Source: Octopus sinensis
Taxonomy: Eukaryota
DNA length: 64,000 bases
Assembly: GCF_006345805.1 (NCBI RefSeq)
Contig: NC_043004.1
Span: forward strand, 84,816,001 to 84,880,000
Direction of reading: 5' to 3'
Shown: positions 1-14,627 of the stretch, piece after piece
Position numbering within the stretch: position 1 is the stretch's first letter
Layout of the letters: each line of letters begins with the position of its first letter
Notes under the pieces: model-generated
Told to the model about the DNA's origin: nothing
Databases searched by the model: none
Seen by the model: the letters and a program-made list of their open reading frames with translations, nothing else
Made by a program: the position numbers and the translations under genes

Positions 1-357
1 GATTTTAATCAGTAACTGACGCTGAATTTTAATTTCAACAAAGAGCTGACCAGTCGTTTGTATCACATATCAATACACAGAAAAAATTGTGAAATACAAA
101 CATGAGTTTCAATGTACTTGCTGGCGACTGGCAGGTCTTCATGTTCTCATATACAGTCCAATCAGCCATCATGTCACCATGAGACACACTCTCTTCTATC
201 TCTCTCTATCATTCTCCCTACCACTCACTTCTCTCACTCCTCCTCTCCCCCCTCTTTCTCCATGTATCTCAATGTCTCTCAGTTAATAAAATAGCAGATG
301 ATAGATTACTAGTAATATGTTACCAGTCTGCAAAAAGAAACTGTAATAAACATCATT

Positions 358-512
358 GTGCTGAATGGTAAGTAGCTTGCTTACCAACTACATGGTTCCC
401 AATTCAGTCCCACTGCGTGGCACCTTGGGGAAGTCTCTTCTACTATAGTCTCGGGCCGACCAAATCCTTCTGAGTGGATTTGGTAGACGGAAACCGAAAG
501 AAGCCCGTCGCA
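358..512 (+). mobile_element. tRNA-derived SINE (family B, MetaSINE-like core), 5' half
   Basis: Head GGTAAGTAGCTTGC...TTCAGTCCCACTGCG, then core GTCTCTTCTACTATAGTCTCGGGCCGACCAAATCCTTCTGAGTGGATTTGGTAGACGGAAAC. The same core recurs at 22.3, 43.4 and 48.6 kb. The Meta assignment is from memory, unverified. Confidence 0.85.
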
Positions 513-518
513 TATATG

Positions 519-1843
<1,325 letters not shown>

Positions 1844-1855
1844 GTCAAAAGCTTG

Positions 1856-2060
1856 TATGTATGTTTGTGTGTATATGTTTGCGTGTCTGTGTTTGTCCCT
1901 CCAACATCACTTGACAACAGATGGTGGTGTTTAGACACTCGGCAAAAGACACCGATAGAATAATTACTAGGTGTACAAAGAATAAGTTTGGTGTCGATTT
2001 TAGCGACTAAAGACGGTGTTTCAGTATGGCCACAGTGAAATAACTGAAACAAGTAAAAGG
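1856..2060 (+). mobile_element. SINE family B, 3' half (continuation of 358-512)
   Basis: GTGTCTGTGTTTGTCCC...CACCGATAGAATAATTACTAGG...GTATGGCCACAGTGAAATAACTGAAACAAGTAAAAG matches the tails at 5365-5550 and 48338-48530. Confidence 0.85.
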
Positions 2061-2062
<2 letters not shown>

Positions 2063-2110
<48 letters not shown>

Positions 2111-2229
2111 ATATATATATATATATATATATATACAGAGAGAGAGAGAGAGAGAGAGAGGGAGAAATTCGGGGTGAGTACTTGATAATTGTAAGCACCT
2201 GTATATACCGTTTGGTGAGTTTTTGATTA

Positions 2230-2312
<83 letters not shown>

Positions 2313-2389
2313 CAATATATATATATGTGTGTGTGTGTATGTATATATTATAATATGTATAGGTATTTATGCATATATAAAATAAATAT

Positions 2390-2433
<44 letters not shown>

Positions 2434-2477
2434 CTACATACATATATATACATATATATATATCTATATATATATAC

Positions 2478-2508
<31 letters not shown>

Positions 2509-2600
2509 ATATCTATATATATATATGTGTGTATTATGTATATATTAATAGAGATAGATAGATAGATATACACATATATACATACTACCATACATACGCA
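2063..2600. repeat. (TA)n/(GA)n compound microsatellite
   Basis: Direct reading. It explains the YIYI ORFs. Similar tracts occur throughout the window. Confidence 0.95.
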
Positions 2601-3218
2601 TATAGACTATACAATATATATTCTTATGATATTTGAAAGCCGAGAGCAACAATCTCTTCAGCCTTGAAACCTACCAAAAGCCAAGTGATGACACGATAGT
2701 TCTGCCCAGAAGCTTCTTTATATTTTGTTTCATTCACACAAGACATTGTTGCACTTAAGTTTCTTGGAGGAATGAGTAACACACTACCGACAATCTTACG
2801 CTGATTACTTCTAGGGAGTTACGTGACACGTGAATTTCATTGACTTCGTTTCTTATGTTGTCTCACGTTAGCATACTTCCTATGGTCCTTCACCATATCT
2901 CTGAGACCAGCATTTTTGTAAAGACACCTATTATTCATATATATAAGTGAATATATATGCATATATACGTGCATATATGTGCATATATACGTATATTCAC
3001 ATACAACATTCGCACACACAAACACAACAATGAACACACACTCACATACACAAATACACACATGCACACACACACGCGAGCAAATATATAGATATCAGTA
3101 AATAAATAAGTATATATACATATATTAATATATATATGTACGTGTGTATATATATATATATATATACAAGTATATATATGTATGAAGACACATACATACA
3201 CACACATATGTACACACA

Positions 3219-3256
<38 letters not shown>

Positions 3257-3261
3257 AACAT

Positions 3262-3292
<31 letters not shown>

Positions 3293-3924
3293 ATACAGAG
3301 ATTATAACGCAGAACACCAACCACCCATACACACACGTATTCATGTGGTTGTGTATAAATATACACCAAGATTCCTGTAGATGCCTTTGTGAGCTTTTTA
3401 CATATTAGCATATACATGCAAATTTGAACAAATTTAGATTGTTTTTATATTGTATATTATATAATAAAGCATCTATAATTATGCTTTATCACGCATTATA
3501 TTATGTTGTATGGAAGTCAATATTCTTCGCTAATTTCCTCTAAAAGTTCTTTCATTATTTATATTGGTTTATGGATTTCTGTGCACTTTTATGCAAGGTA
3601 GGTGTATGTTTGTTGCTGCTGTTCATATGTGAATATATTTCTGTAAATATATGCCTCACAACACAGACACACACTTACGATGCCGTGTGTTTCTGAAGGT
3701 GGTGTTGTACGCCTATGTTCGCATGCATATAATCTGTATACATATTCATAATTATATGTATGCGTGTTGTTGTGTGATTGCGTGCGTGTCTGTGTGTGTT
3801 TGTCTGCCTGTATGGCGCGTATGTTTATATGTATACAAGTATAGGTGTGTACACTTGTTATAAAAATATGATATATACGCATTCATACATACATTCATAT
3901 AATATATATATATATAATATATAT

Positions 3925-3972
<48 letters not shown>

Positions 3973-4400
3973 TTATATGCGCGCCTGTATATATATATAT
4001 TATACACCACATGAAATTCAAATCTCAGTAATACAATATTATGAGATTTTGGCAGAGACTTTATGTATGCTAATAACTATGCTTGAGGAAAAACCTGGTA
4101 ATTTTGAAAATATATGCAAAACAAAAGTTAACTGCCATAAATATGGTGTATATATAATAAAATAAGCGATTTTGGAACATTTGGCGGCCTTTAGCTAACT
4201 GGTTTTTCGAAGAGCTAGTAATAAATGCTAGTTTTATAGAAAATATATTCTCGGATTTTAACTGTTGAAACTCCCTGGTGTTTTCGTCGACCTCACTAAC
4301 TGGGCTGCATTTTGTTTTGCAACCGCAACCTAAGTAATTTTTAAGCGACAAAATTCCAGTATTCAAACCCATGAATATACCTTCTCTCTTGGCATGACCA

Positions 4401-4658
4401 TTATTCTGTCTTTAGTATTTTTATATTAACTGATAAATATTCACATCGTTTCATAACACTCTTCCACTCCTCTGACATCACATCACTTGCTGTAACCATA
4501 CTACGATTGGCAAAGGGTATATCTGTGTCACATTCTTTCCAAACAACAATATACGTCTCATAAAGCGAACATGCCCTCCTTCTGATTACAGTTTGTATAG
4601 GCATACCGAGTACTATCCCGCTAATCAAGAATACAGTCACCAGTAATACACCTGCCAT
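4401..4658 (-). CDS. Candidate secreted prepropeptide ORF (85 aa), unrecognised; may continue into ORF 4070-4372
   Basis: MAGVLLVTVFLISGIVLG (signal-like), then MPIQTVIRRR, ACSLY...KEC...KR-C. gcaATGG start context, in-frame stop 9 codons upstream. No homolog recognised. Confidence 0.35.
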   Translation of the reverse strand: MAGVLLVTVFLISGIVLGMPIQTVIRRRACSLYETYIVVWKECDTDIPFANRSMVTASDVMSEEWKSVMKRCEYLSVNIKILKTE

Positions 4659-4845
4659 TGCTCTCGTGTACTGCAGAGGCCTCTAATTGAAACTACTTGC
4701 TGAAAGACGCCAATCCATTGACGGTCGATAATATCCTATCTGATCGCACTGTCGCCATATATAACTAGATTTCAATATTCGTCACTTTATTAATTCCACT
4801 GGACCTTCGTTGTTGTTTGGTTCAATCCCATTGCAGTGTAGGCAT

Positions 4846-5310
4846 GGGCGCTCCACTAACAATGTGCACCAAAGAAGAACAAAGAGCAGTGATCCGATTA
4901 CTCTCATCGCAAGGTGTGTTAGTTGCTGAAATTCATCGGAAGATTTTAGCACGATTGGTTAATGTTTCCAACGGTCTGCGCAGTCGTGTTTTGGCAGCCG
5001 TGACAATAGTCTTCGGCGTTTGGTGCGAATTGCTGGCTACAGTTTCATTGCTACCAAGCACTGTATCTTCTTGCACCCTTAATCGTACAGCCCTTTTCCA
5101 TGTAGTCTTCCAGTATTGGCCATTTTGGATTCCCCAAATGTGTTAGCATCACCCTACCCACAAAAGAGCCGTGAATTTCTTCGTCGCTGGCGAGCCAGGA
5201 TGGATTCTGCCCCATAATGACAGACCCACGTTTCATCTCCTCCGACAATTCTACAAAATATTCCTCGCTCTCGTTAGAGTGATCGGGTAAACGGTGGGAG
5301 ATCTCAACAC
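4846..5310. mobile_element. Rearranged mariner transposase relic
   Basis: Plus strand 4862-4955 gives MCTKEEQRAVIRLL..AEIHRK (N-terminal HTH). Minus strand 4955-5300 gives IVGGDETWVCHY and GRVMLT..PILEDYMEKG.TI (catalytic domain). Confidence 0.8.
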
Positions 5311-5364
5311 GTTTACACTTATGGTCTTAATATCTATTTTGCACAGACTTTATAGAGGCTGAGT

Positions 5365-5550
5365 CTGTGTTTGTCCCCCCAACATCGCTTGACAATCGAT
5401 GCTGGTGTTTTTACGTACACGTAAGTTCGGCAAAAGAGACGGATAGAATAAGTACTAGGCTTACAAAAAATAAGTCCTGAGGTCGATTTGCTCGACTAAA
5501 CGCGGTGCTCCAGCATGGCCACAGTCAAATGACTGAAACAAGTAAAAGAG
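5365..5550 (+). mobile_element. SINE family B 3' part
   Basis: TTTGTCCCCCCAACATCGCTTGACAATCGATGCTGG...GCGGTGCTCCAGCATGGCCACAGTCAAATGACTGAAACAAGTAAAAGAG. Confidence 0.9.
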
Positions 5551-5967
5551 TATAAGTGCGTTTATAGAAATTTAATGTTCGTCTAAATGATGTGTCCGCG
5601 TTTGCGGTGTTCAGCTGTATACAATGTTAGTGGTTGTCTTTGTGTAGCGGCATTTTACTAGAGCTGACAAATCGTAAATCACTTTTAATCCAAAATTAGA
5701 ATCTTGCAAACAAATCATTTTAAAACAAAAATTAATTTACTTTGTTATCAGTCTAGTTTCTGCGATAGCGTCAGCGCATCTACTTTTGTTTATTGTGTCC
5801 ACTGTACTTTAAAAAGTCCATATATATATATATATATTATATATATATATACATATATATATCAGTATGTATGGTGAGCATAGATTTAATTTACCACGTG
5901 ACTGCACTAGGTTGTAGGCCATTTAGCAAAATTTGATGTATAAATTTCAGGATGCAAGCTATTCATA

Positions 5968-6714
5968 TTGGGTTGTCCGGAAAGTTCGTGCCGATTTATA
6001 GCAGCTTTCCTTTCGACTTATTTTACGACGTGTTTGAGTCCATAAAATAGGATTTGACTACACCTCCATTTAGAGCACAGTTTAAGCTATATTTTCGGGA
6101 AAGAAGGTTTATATCCCTATAACATGTGTTAATTCTGTAACTCTTTAAAATGGAAGATAAAAAAGTTCATTTTCGGCACTTGATGTGTTTCGTCTTCCGT
6201 AAAGGGAAAAATGCCTCACAAACAACCAAAGAAATATGCGCAGTTTACGGTGATGTTTCTTTATCCGAAAGATCTGTGGTATCAGACGATGTACAAAAGG
6301 GTTATGGTTCTGCTCAGTCCATATTGACTGAAAATTTAGGTATCAGAGGCGTGCCTGCCACGTTTGTGCCAAAACTACTTTCAGCTGACCAAAAGACACT
6401 CGAGTTTCAGTGGCACAACATCTTTCTGTTTGTGTCAACAACAATAAAAATTTCGTGAAAACTTTGCGTTGGCTTCTGAAGCGGTATCGCCAAGCTTTTG
6501 TAAAACTTGATGCCAATTCTTTGCTCAACCTTCTCTGTTAGGTTCAGTGCGACGATCACACGCCACACATCTTCCTTCCAATCATTTCCGTAAATAGTGG
6601 AAGTGAGCTAGAACGTTAACACGTAGTGCGCATGCACAGCGGAGGTTAAGGCCAATCTGATTCAAACGGCTTCAGTCTGCCAGATGTAGCTATGGCAATT
6701 ATCCGGACACCTAT
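5968..6714. mobile_element. Composite, internally deleted mariner relic
   Basis: TA|TTGGGTTGTCCGGAAAG left end and ...TCCGGACACCTAT right end. Plus strand gives MEDKKVHFRHLM..FRKGKNASQTTKEICAVYG and ILTENLG..FVPKLL. Minus strand gives TEKVEQRIGIKF. Confidence 0.85.
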
Positions 6715-7071
6715 TGATCAGACCACACACACACACACACAAACATATATATATATACCAACAGACACACATATACACATATATATGTGCGTGTGCGTGT
6801 GAGAGAGTGTGTGAGAGTGCATGCGGATTGTGTATGTATCTACTATTATTTTGTATTTGCTTGATAAATACATAAATCTGATGGGTTGACGCCGGTAACA
6901 GACCTCAATATATTTCCATAAAGTATTTGCAAATGAATGGTTATTTGAATCTAATTCTTTAAAACGGGAGTCGTTTTTAAAGTAGAAATAGCTAAGGTTT
7001 TTGGCTACTATTTCTAAATTCGGTATGTGGTAAAACCAAATCTTTGCTGAACCCTGATTATAAAGTCTGTG

Positions 7072-7170
<99 letters not shown>

Positions 7171-8173
7171 AACAGGTTTCAAAATAAGAGACTACGCGTG
7201 GTATTACACGGGAAAAGTAAAAAAAACAAAAGAAAATTCACACTGAACAAAATTTTGGGCTCACAAATATTATCAAAAGCAAACTGCAACCGGCGCAAGT
7301 CTGTATCCTTTAAGAAGGAATCCATGCCCCCACCGTTTGGAAGGTACAGAATTTCAAATGTGGTGAAATATTTAAGAAAAGTCAATTTACACTTGTGCAT
7401 TTGAAAGTCTAATGTATGTTATTACATGCTTAAGTTGCGGAAACCACTATATAGGCCAAACACGAATTTTCCTCAGATGACGAACTACGCTTCACAAAGA
7501 ACAAATCCGCTTCCCACAATATAGATAAACACAATTCATTGATCAGCCTGAATAGGATGTGCTAGGAATCTTAAACGAAGCTTCCGAAGTTTTCCGTTTT
7601 ATCAATGATCCCAGAACACCTCAGTCCAGTAAAAACTAAACAAAGAGGCATATTTCATTAATACTTATCAACCACAACTTAGCATGAACACATAACTTAA
7701 TACAGTACACTACTAACCTTACTATTTCCAATACTCCCACTAATTATCATACATACCATATACCATTCATACACTATTAAGAATATTAACCTAACTGCAT
7801 CACTTTCAGAACAGCTTACCTTCCTTGCAATAATTCTTCTCGGGTAATATTAGATCCAGCACAAATCGGTGTTGATTGAAAGTCAGTGAACAGCGATGGT
7901 GAATCCGTTATGACTCTCTATATTGACTCATGATAGTACATTTTATACTTCTTAAATCATTTATTTGTATGTATATATCTGCTTTTATAAACACAGCCAT
8001 TACCTTTATACCTAGTGTGAATTTTTTTCTTTTTACATTTACCGTCATTGAATGCGCGAAATCAAGATTAGGTTGACAGCGGGAACTAATGAAGGGTCCT
8101 TTCTTGTGGTTACTTGTCCTGTTTTTACGTATCATGTTGCTTGCTTAGTTGCTAACGCCCCCTGTATCTAATC

Positions 8174-8247
<74 letters not shown>

Positions 8248-8452
8248 CATATAACATATATATGTAAATGTATGTATGTATATATGTTCTATATTGTGTG
8301 TATATACATATACGATGGATGACCACTTAGTGGTCGTCCCTGTTATATATATGCAATATAATTATTCCGAATCTTCAAATTTTTCAATATGCTAGGCCAA
8401 TGGTTTAAATTGATATTAAGCAATTAATATTCAGTTTTACACCATTATTATT

Positions 8453-8515
<63 letters not shown>

Positions 8516-9699
8516 CTATATATATATATTCTCGTGCGCGTTGTGTTATGTTTCCAGAACTTAATATAACAGTAAAATACTTATTCAACTGTTATGACGT
8601 TCTTATAAAGGGAATGGTCGGTGTCAACCATATGTTTTTTTTTCCTTATAAAATTGCGGGTGCTTTCTACATTCCACTATATGCAATTAAGTTGAATTAA
8701 CGCTCGACCTATTGGGTTGGATTCTAATCATATCCTTTGCATTGTCAGCAAATATTTTATATACCTTGGATGAATAGGTTAACTGTGTACCACTGGTATT
8801 ATTTTTGATTTTTTTTTCTATTTCTTAAAAACTCATGAAAATGTCTAGGCAATCTATACTCAATTTTCTTTTATTTCCTTATTTTAATGACACTCATGTG
8901 TATCATGATAGCAGCATTTGTTTGAATATGATTTTCTATTAATATCTCTCAATACTGGAAGAAATCTTTGCATGATACGATGGTAGTGATTCATTCAAAG
9001 CTTGCAGGGATTTGTGAAATCGTTGAATGATATACTGCAGAGAAATTGCATAATTACGTAATTCCAAAATAAGCTTCATCGCAATAACCTCATCTATACA
9101 GATCGATTTATTAATTGAATCAGTTGGTCGGCATAACAGTCTATTTTATCGTATACGTTTATCAATAAACTTCCAAGTCTAAGATCCTGAGCAATTTCCA
9201 TTCAATAGCATAAAATTTGTCATGTTTTATGCGCCAGTAAAGCGTTCATATGGTTAATGTGAGATATATATTCGCCTCCTTATTCGACCCTTAGTGTTGA
9301 TATTTTCTGTAGTCAGAGATATTAAGTACCTTCTTTTTCCTTTCTACTTCTGTGCGGTTCTCTCTTTTCTTTTCGTATTTTAATATTACGTTTTGCTTTT
9401 ATTAATACAGAAACTATCTCAATCAATAAGCAATATTGCCAACAAAAATATTAGATTATGAAGAGCAAATACGCGAAATAAAAGCATATAAAAATATCAA
9501 ACGCACACATGTGTGCCACAATAGAGTGGCATATACACTCATAAACACATGCACAGAATTACGTGGAATTGGACTTAAGCAATCATTCTGCAAAACGTAA
9601 ATTTCATTACAAATAATAATGGATATATATATACTCCAACGCTCCAGCATCCGTATAGAGTCAACAACACATGTATATAGATGTACACATACATACGTG

Positions 9700-9773
<74 letters not shown>

Positions 9774-9846
9774 CTATATATATATATGTTGTGCATATAT
9801 ATATATATATGCATATATATATATATACATACATATAATATATATA

Positions 9847-9904
<58 letters not shown>

Positions 9905-10299
9905 AATATACATAGATATGAGAGGGATAACCACTATGTGGCCACCCTTAGGCTAGAAATAGATCCGCTATTTATACATGTGTTCGCGCATGCACTGTTG
10001 CTTAGTTATGATGAATCTTCAATTTGCTCATATCATCTGGAATGAAAGATGTTGAAACCAGCTCCACGCTACTGCTACTAGCACTGCTTCTGCCACCATT
10101 AAGAAATGTTCTCAAGAAAAATTCAGCGAAACAACCACAATGTAATCAAGCAAGACAAAAGTAAAGCAATACAAATATGGATTATTCACACACATATTTT
10201 ACTATTATATATATGTATATGTCGGTATACGTATGTATATCAATATATCCATGTATATATGGAAAACAAATTTATTTGATTCAAAACTGGAAGAAATAT

Positions 10300-10800
10300 A
10301 GGAAAACAGAGGGCGAACATGCACTGCGATTCGTTTTCATATGTAGTTTTAAATATTTCTCAGATGTTCAAAACGTTGAGACAGGAAAACACAGAGCTAT
10401 GCTTCCACAGTCTAGCAGGGAAGAGTAGCATCGAAATTTTCTTGGATTGCTTGTTACATATTTGTTCCATTGGCATGGCTAGTACCGCTAATATCTTTTG
10501 AATGGCTGTCTGTGTAACATATGCCATGACTAAAAGAGATACCATAATCAGCAGCGGCCGCAACACCGCTGTGTTGTCTGCCCAGCGTGCGGCCAACAAG
10601 TTAATACTGTCACCTTCTAGATGGATTGGTTGGCTCCTGCAGCATTGACTCTGTCTTTTAAGTAGTCATGAATCCACTCTATGAGTTTTCCAATGACGTC
10701 GAGTTTCCATAGCTTGTGACATATGTATATATGTGTTCAAATCAAACAAAGCCCATTGCAAATAAGAGACATCACATCCAGATTTGAATGGTTCATCATT
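10300..10800 (-). mobile_element. Degenerate CR1 LINE RT fragment
   Basis: Minus translation HKLWKLDVIGKLIEWIHDYLKDR parallels the region of the 620-1843 copy just before GVPQG. Confidence 0.65.
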
Positions 10801-10856
10801 TATTTCAACACCTAATTATGTGGGGACATACATATATGTGTGTGTGTGGATGCATG

Positions 10857-10933
<77 letters not shown>

Positions 10934-10954
10934 ATATATATATAATCGATAAAC

Positions 10955-11135
10955 GTCACCATGAGAGAAAGTTGTGGGGAAAGAGTACAACAGGGGTCAC
11001 CATCACCTCCTACCGGAGCCTCGAGGAGCTTTTAGATGTTTTTGCTCAATAAACACACACAGTACCCGATCTGGAAATCGAAACCGCGATCCACTGACCA
11101 CGAGTCCGCCGCCATAACCACTAGGCCTTTGCTTC
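10955..11135 (-). mobile_element. tRNA-derived SINE family C
   Basis: GAGAGAAAGTTGTGG...GGAGCCTCG...GCTCAATAAACAC...ATCGAAACCGCGATCC...ACCACTAGGCC (plus strand), shared with 24181-24478 and 38885-39170. Confidence 0.85.
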
Positions 11136-11150
11136 TCCAAAAAGACACAC

Positions 11151-11189
<39 letters not shown>

Positions 11190-11209
11190 TATATATATAT
11201 AGTTATATA

Positions 11210-11320
<111 letters not shown>

Positions 11321-11779
11321 TGTATCTATGTATGTACGCGTATATGTGTGTGTATGTATTGCATATTAATTTGCAAGAGGATATTTTACCTATATTTTAG
11401 TCATTACTTTATCGAGTAACAGCGATTTCGAAAGAAATGTTAAGATAACGTGGCCAACGTTTTGAACTATTACGTAAATGCGCAAACCGATATGCCTCGA
11501 GTCACGTTATCTGACCACGTTTGCCAATCTGTTGATATAGATATTTGTGTTCGCCAAACGAAATCGTGCATATAATGCATGCACAAGTCTTAGCATTTAT
11601 TTCGAAACACATGACGTTTAGATATGCGTCACTCCCCAATGACTTTACTGCGTGTTATCATAATAATATCATATATGTTCTGCATAAAACAAGGATGTTG
11701 CTTCAGTTAAACCCTGCTGTCGATTCTTGAATAGCTACAAGTTGTCGCCATGATTGGCGGTGAAATCCAGAGGCTTTTT

Positions 11780-11950
11780 ATTTTATTTTTATTCGCTCTC
11801 TGTTTATTTCATCGTGTTCCTTTCTGTTGAAGAGCGTAGGCTCGAAACATAAAAAAAACTTTCTCGCCTTCCCAAGCGTCAAACTAATACACATGCTTGT
11901 TGTATATACACTTGTCTTCGTCTTTTGTTTTTCTGTAAATTTCAACTACA
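11780..11950 (+). mobile_element. Short repeat carrying a degenerate minimal hammerhead core (probable Penelope-like pLTR remnant)
   Basis: CTGTTGA-A-GAGC-gtag-GCTC-GAAAC at 11824-11848. Related to 21170-21345, sharing the core and downstream (G/A)AGCGTC(A/C)AA..TAATAC. Confidence 0.55.
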
Positions 11951-11959
11951 AGTATACAC

Positions 11960-12150
11960 CATGTTTGGCTAGATTTAGTCAAGCTGTCTTTCCAGCTGTG
12001 CCCACGCAGTTTGATAGAGGAACTTGTCTAACTGTACTTTATACACCACTCCCTGAACATTTCAGTACATTTGAGATATTTCCCGACTATTCCAAGCACG
12101 CCTTGCATCTTTAACTTCTATCATGAGCCCCAGCACTCATGAGGACGTAG
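11960..12150 (-). mobile_element. Degenerate CR1 3' ORF end
   Basis: Minus strand CAGTTAGACAAGTTCCTCTATCAA = QLDKFLYQ, equivalent to the CR1 C-terminal LD.FL motif. Confidence 0.45.
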
Positions 12151-12779
12151 CTTAATCCGTATAAGTGACTAATATTACAGAACTCCCTCTTGAACGGGAC
12201 ACCTCTCTATCGTAATGCTAACATCTCACTAATATTTGGATATCCTTCTCGGCAGAGTAACAGGAAGAAACCACGTTAATCTTTGAGCTGGTGTGCCAGT
12301 GCTTTTAATGATATGATACTTGCGACATTCACTTCCCTCCCAACTTATTTACACAGCTTATATCCTAAGCAAATAGACAGGGACCCAAAGTTATCTATTA
12401 AAATTTATAAATACCACTACATTGTTAGAATCCAATGACTGTGAAAATGAAAAGAAGAAAAAAAGACGTTAAGACTACGTTCACCCATTTGAAACATGCA
12501 ATTTGTTGGAATACGTAATACATTCCTGTTAACGATTTTGATATATATGACTTCCAGACATTTCAATTTGCGAATCGATTTTCAATCGCCATTGATATAT
12601 TTAACTTCCTTTCCATTATATTCTTCTAATTCCGGTAGCAGGAATTAGTCTACAGATGAATGAAAATGGTAGAAATCAAAGCGACTTGTCCTTGAATGTA
12701 ATAGAAAGAAGTCAACATGTGTGTGGTTGTATGCGTATACTGTATATACTTGCATCATTGTGTATGTATATATTATATA

Positions 12780-12850
<71 letters not shown>

Positions 12851-12967
12851 GCATATATACATTTATAATATACATAAATATATATATATAATATATATCC
12901 GTATATAATATATATATATAATACATAATATATATATATGTATATATATATATACATATATATGTAT

Positions 12968-12998
<31 letters not shown>

Positions 12999-13167
12999 CA
13001 TATATATACATATGTATATATATACGTATACACACACACTGGCGCAGACACATGCACACACATGCATATATCAATTACATCGAGATAGATACGAACATAC
13101 ATACATCTATCTATCTCTCTCGCTCTCTCTCTCTATATATATATATATACATATATATATATACACG

Positions 13168-13198
<31 letters not shown>

Positions 13199-14394
13199 AT
13201 GTGTGTGTGTATGTATGGATGTATATATATATGTGTGTTTGTGTATATATACACAAGTGTATCTACACACATTTCTCATGTTACTGCTTAGTGTCAGATG
13301 CATACATACAACCACACCAAGCACATATTACAAGCACACAGACACACATACGCACACACCCATTCTTATAAATAAATATGTAGATATTGAAGAAATTTTT
13401 TGCAACTCATCACACGAAGAAAATATCTATAACGCTTCCATTTTTTTCTTGCTCGCATTGAAGTCAGTCATACAATCGCCATCATCATGCAACTATAATC
13501 ATTATAACGACCGTCATCTTCATCAACATCATCATCATCATCATCATCATTATCATCATCATCAACCACCACAAAAACAAGAGCATCTACATCACTATCA
13601 TTATCATCACCATCATAAATAGAGACACCCATCATGTACGTGGTGGCGTATTGAAAACAGGCGATGTGCTTTCGTTACTTCAGTTATATACTGCAACAAC
13701 AAAGGAAGCCATGTTTCTTTATATATGCAATGAATAAGATGGTTAGTAGCTCCACAGGAAATGGATCGGACTACTTCCGTTATTGCAAGCATCACTAGCA
13801 TCTCAGCTCGCATGCAATCGTACATCCTATTGATTCTCGTTTTTGTATTATTTTCTCTGCTTTAATTTTATTATATTTTTGTAGGTTTTTTCTTTACATT
13901 TCTCATGATGAATTGGTGTTATTAATGCTTATGTTGTTAGTTATTATTGGTCTTGCTAATGTTGTTGTTACAGGTTTACATTTTACGATGAATGTTTAAG
14001 TGAATTTCTTAGATATAGTGGTTATAGCGCTTTTAAAATATTTTCCTAGCAGTAGTAGTAGTAGTAGTAGTAGTGATGGCGTTTGTGACCATGCTGTTGA
14101 TACAGAGAGGAAGTCCATTCTTTGTAAATGACGCGCTCAGCAAATATATCTAGTTTCTGCTCGAAATAGCCGTTATAGCTACACATAAACATACAGTGAC
14201 ATACACACACATATATGATCGCACACCTATATACATATATATAGGAATATATCTATTTATATGTATATATTTGTTTACACACACATATATATATATATAT
14301 ATATATTATAATATATGTATATATATATATATATATATAGTATATAATATATATATTATATATATATTATATATATTATATATATGTATAATAG

Positions 14395-14434
<40 letters not shown>

Positions 14435-14544
14435 ATGATATATATATATGTATATACAAATAAACATACGTGCATACACGCAGTCATACACATACAAGTA
14501 CATATATCTACATACCCCCATCCACACATGCATTTATGCATGTA

Positions 14545-14627
<83 letters not shown>

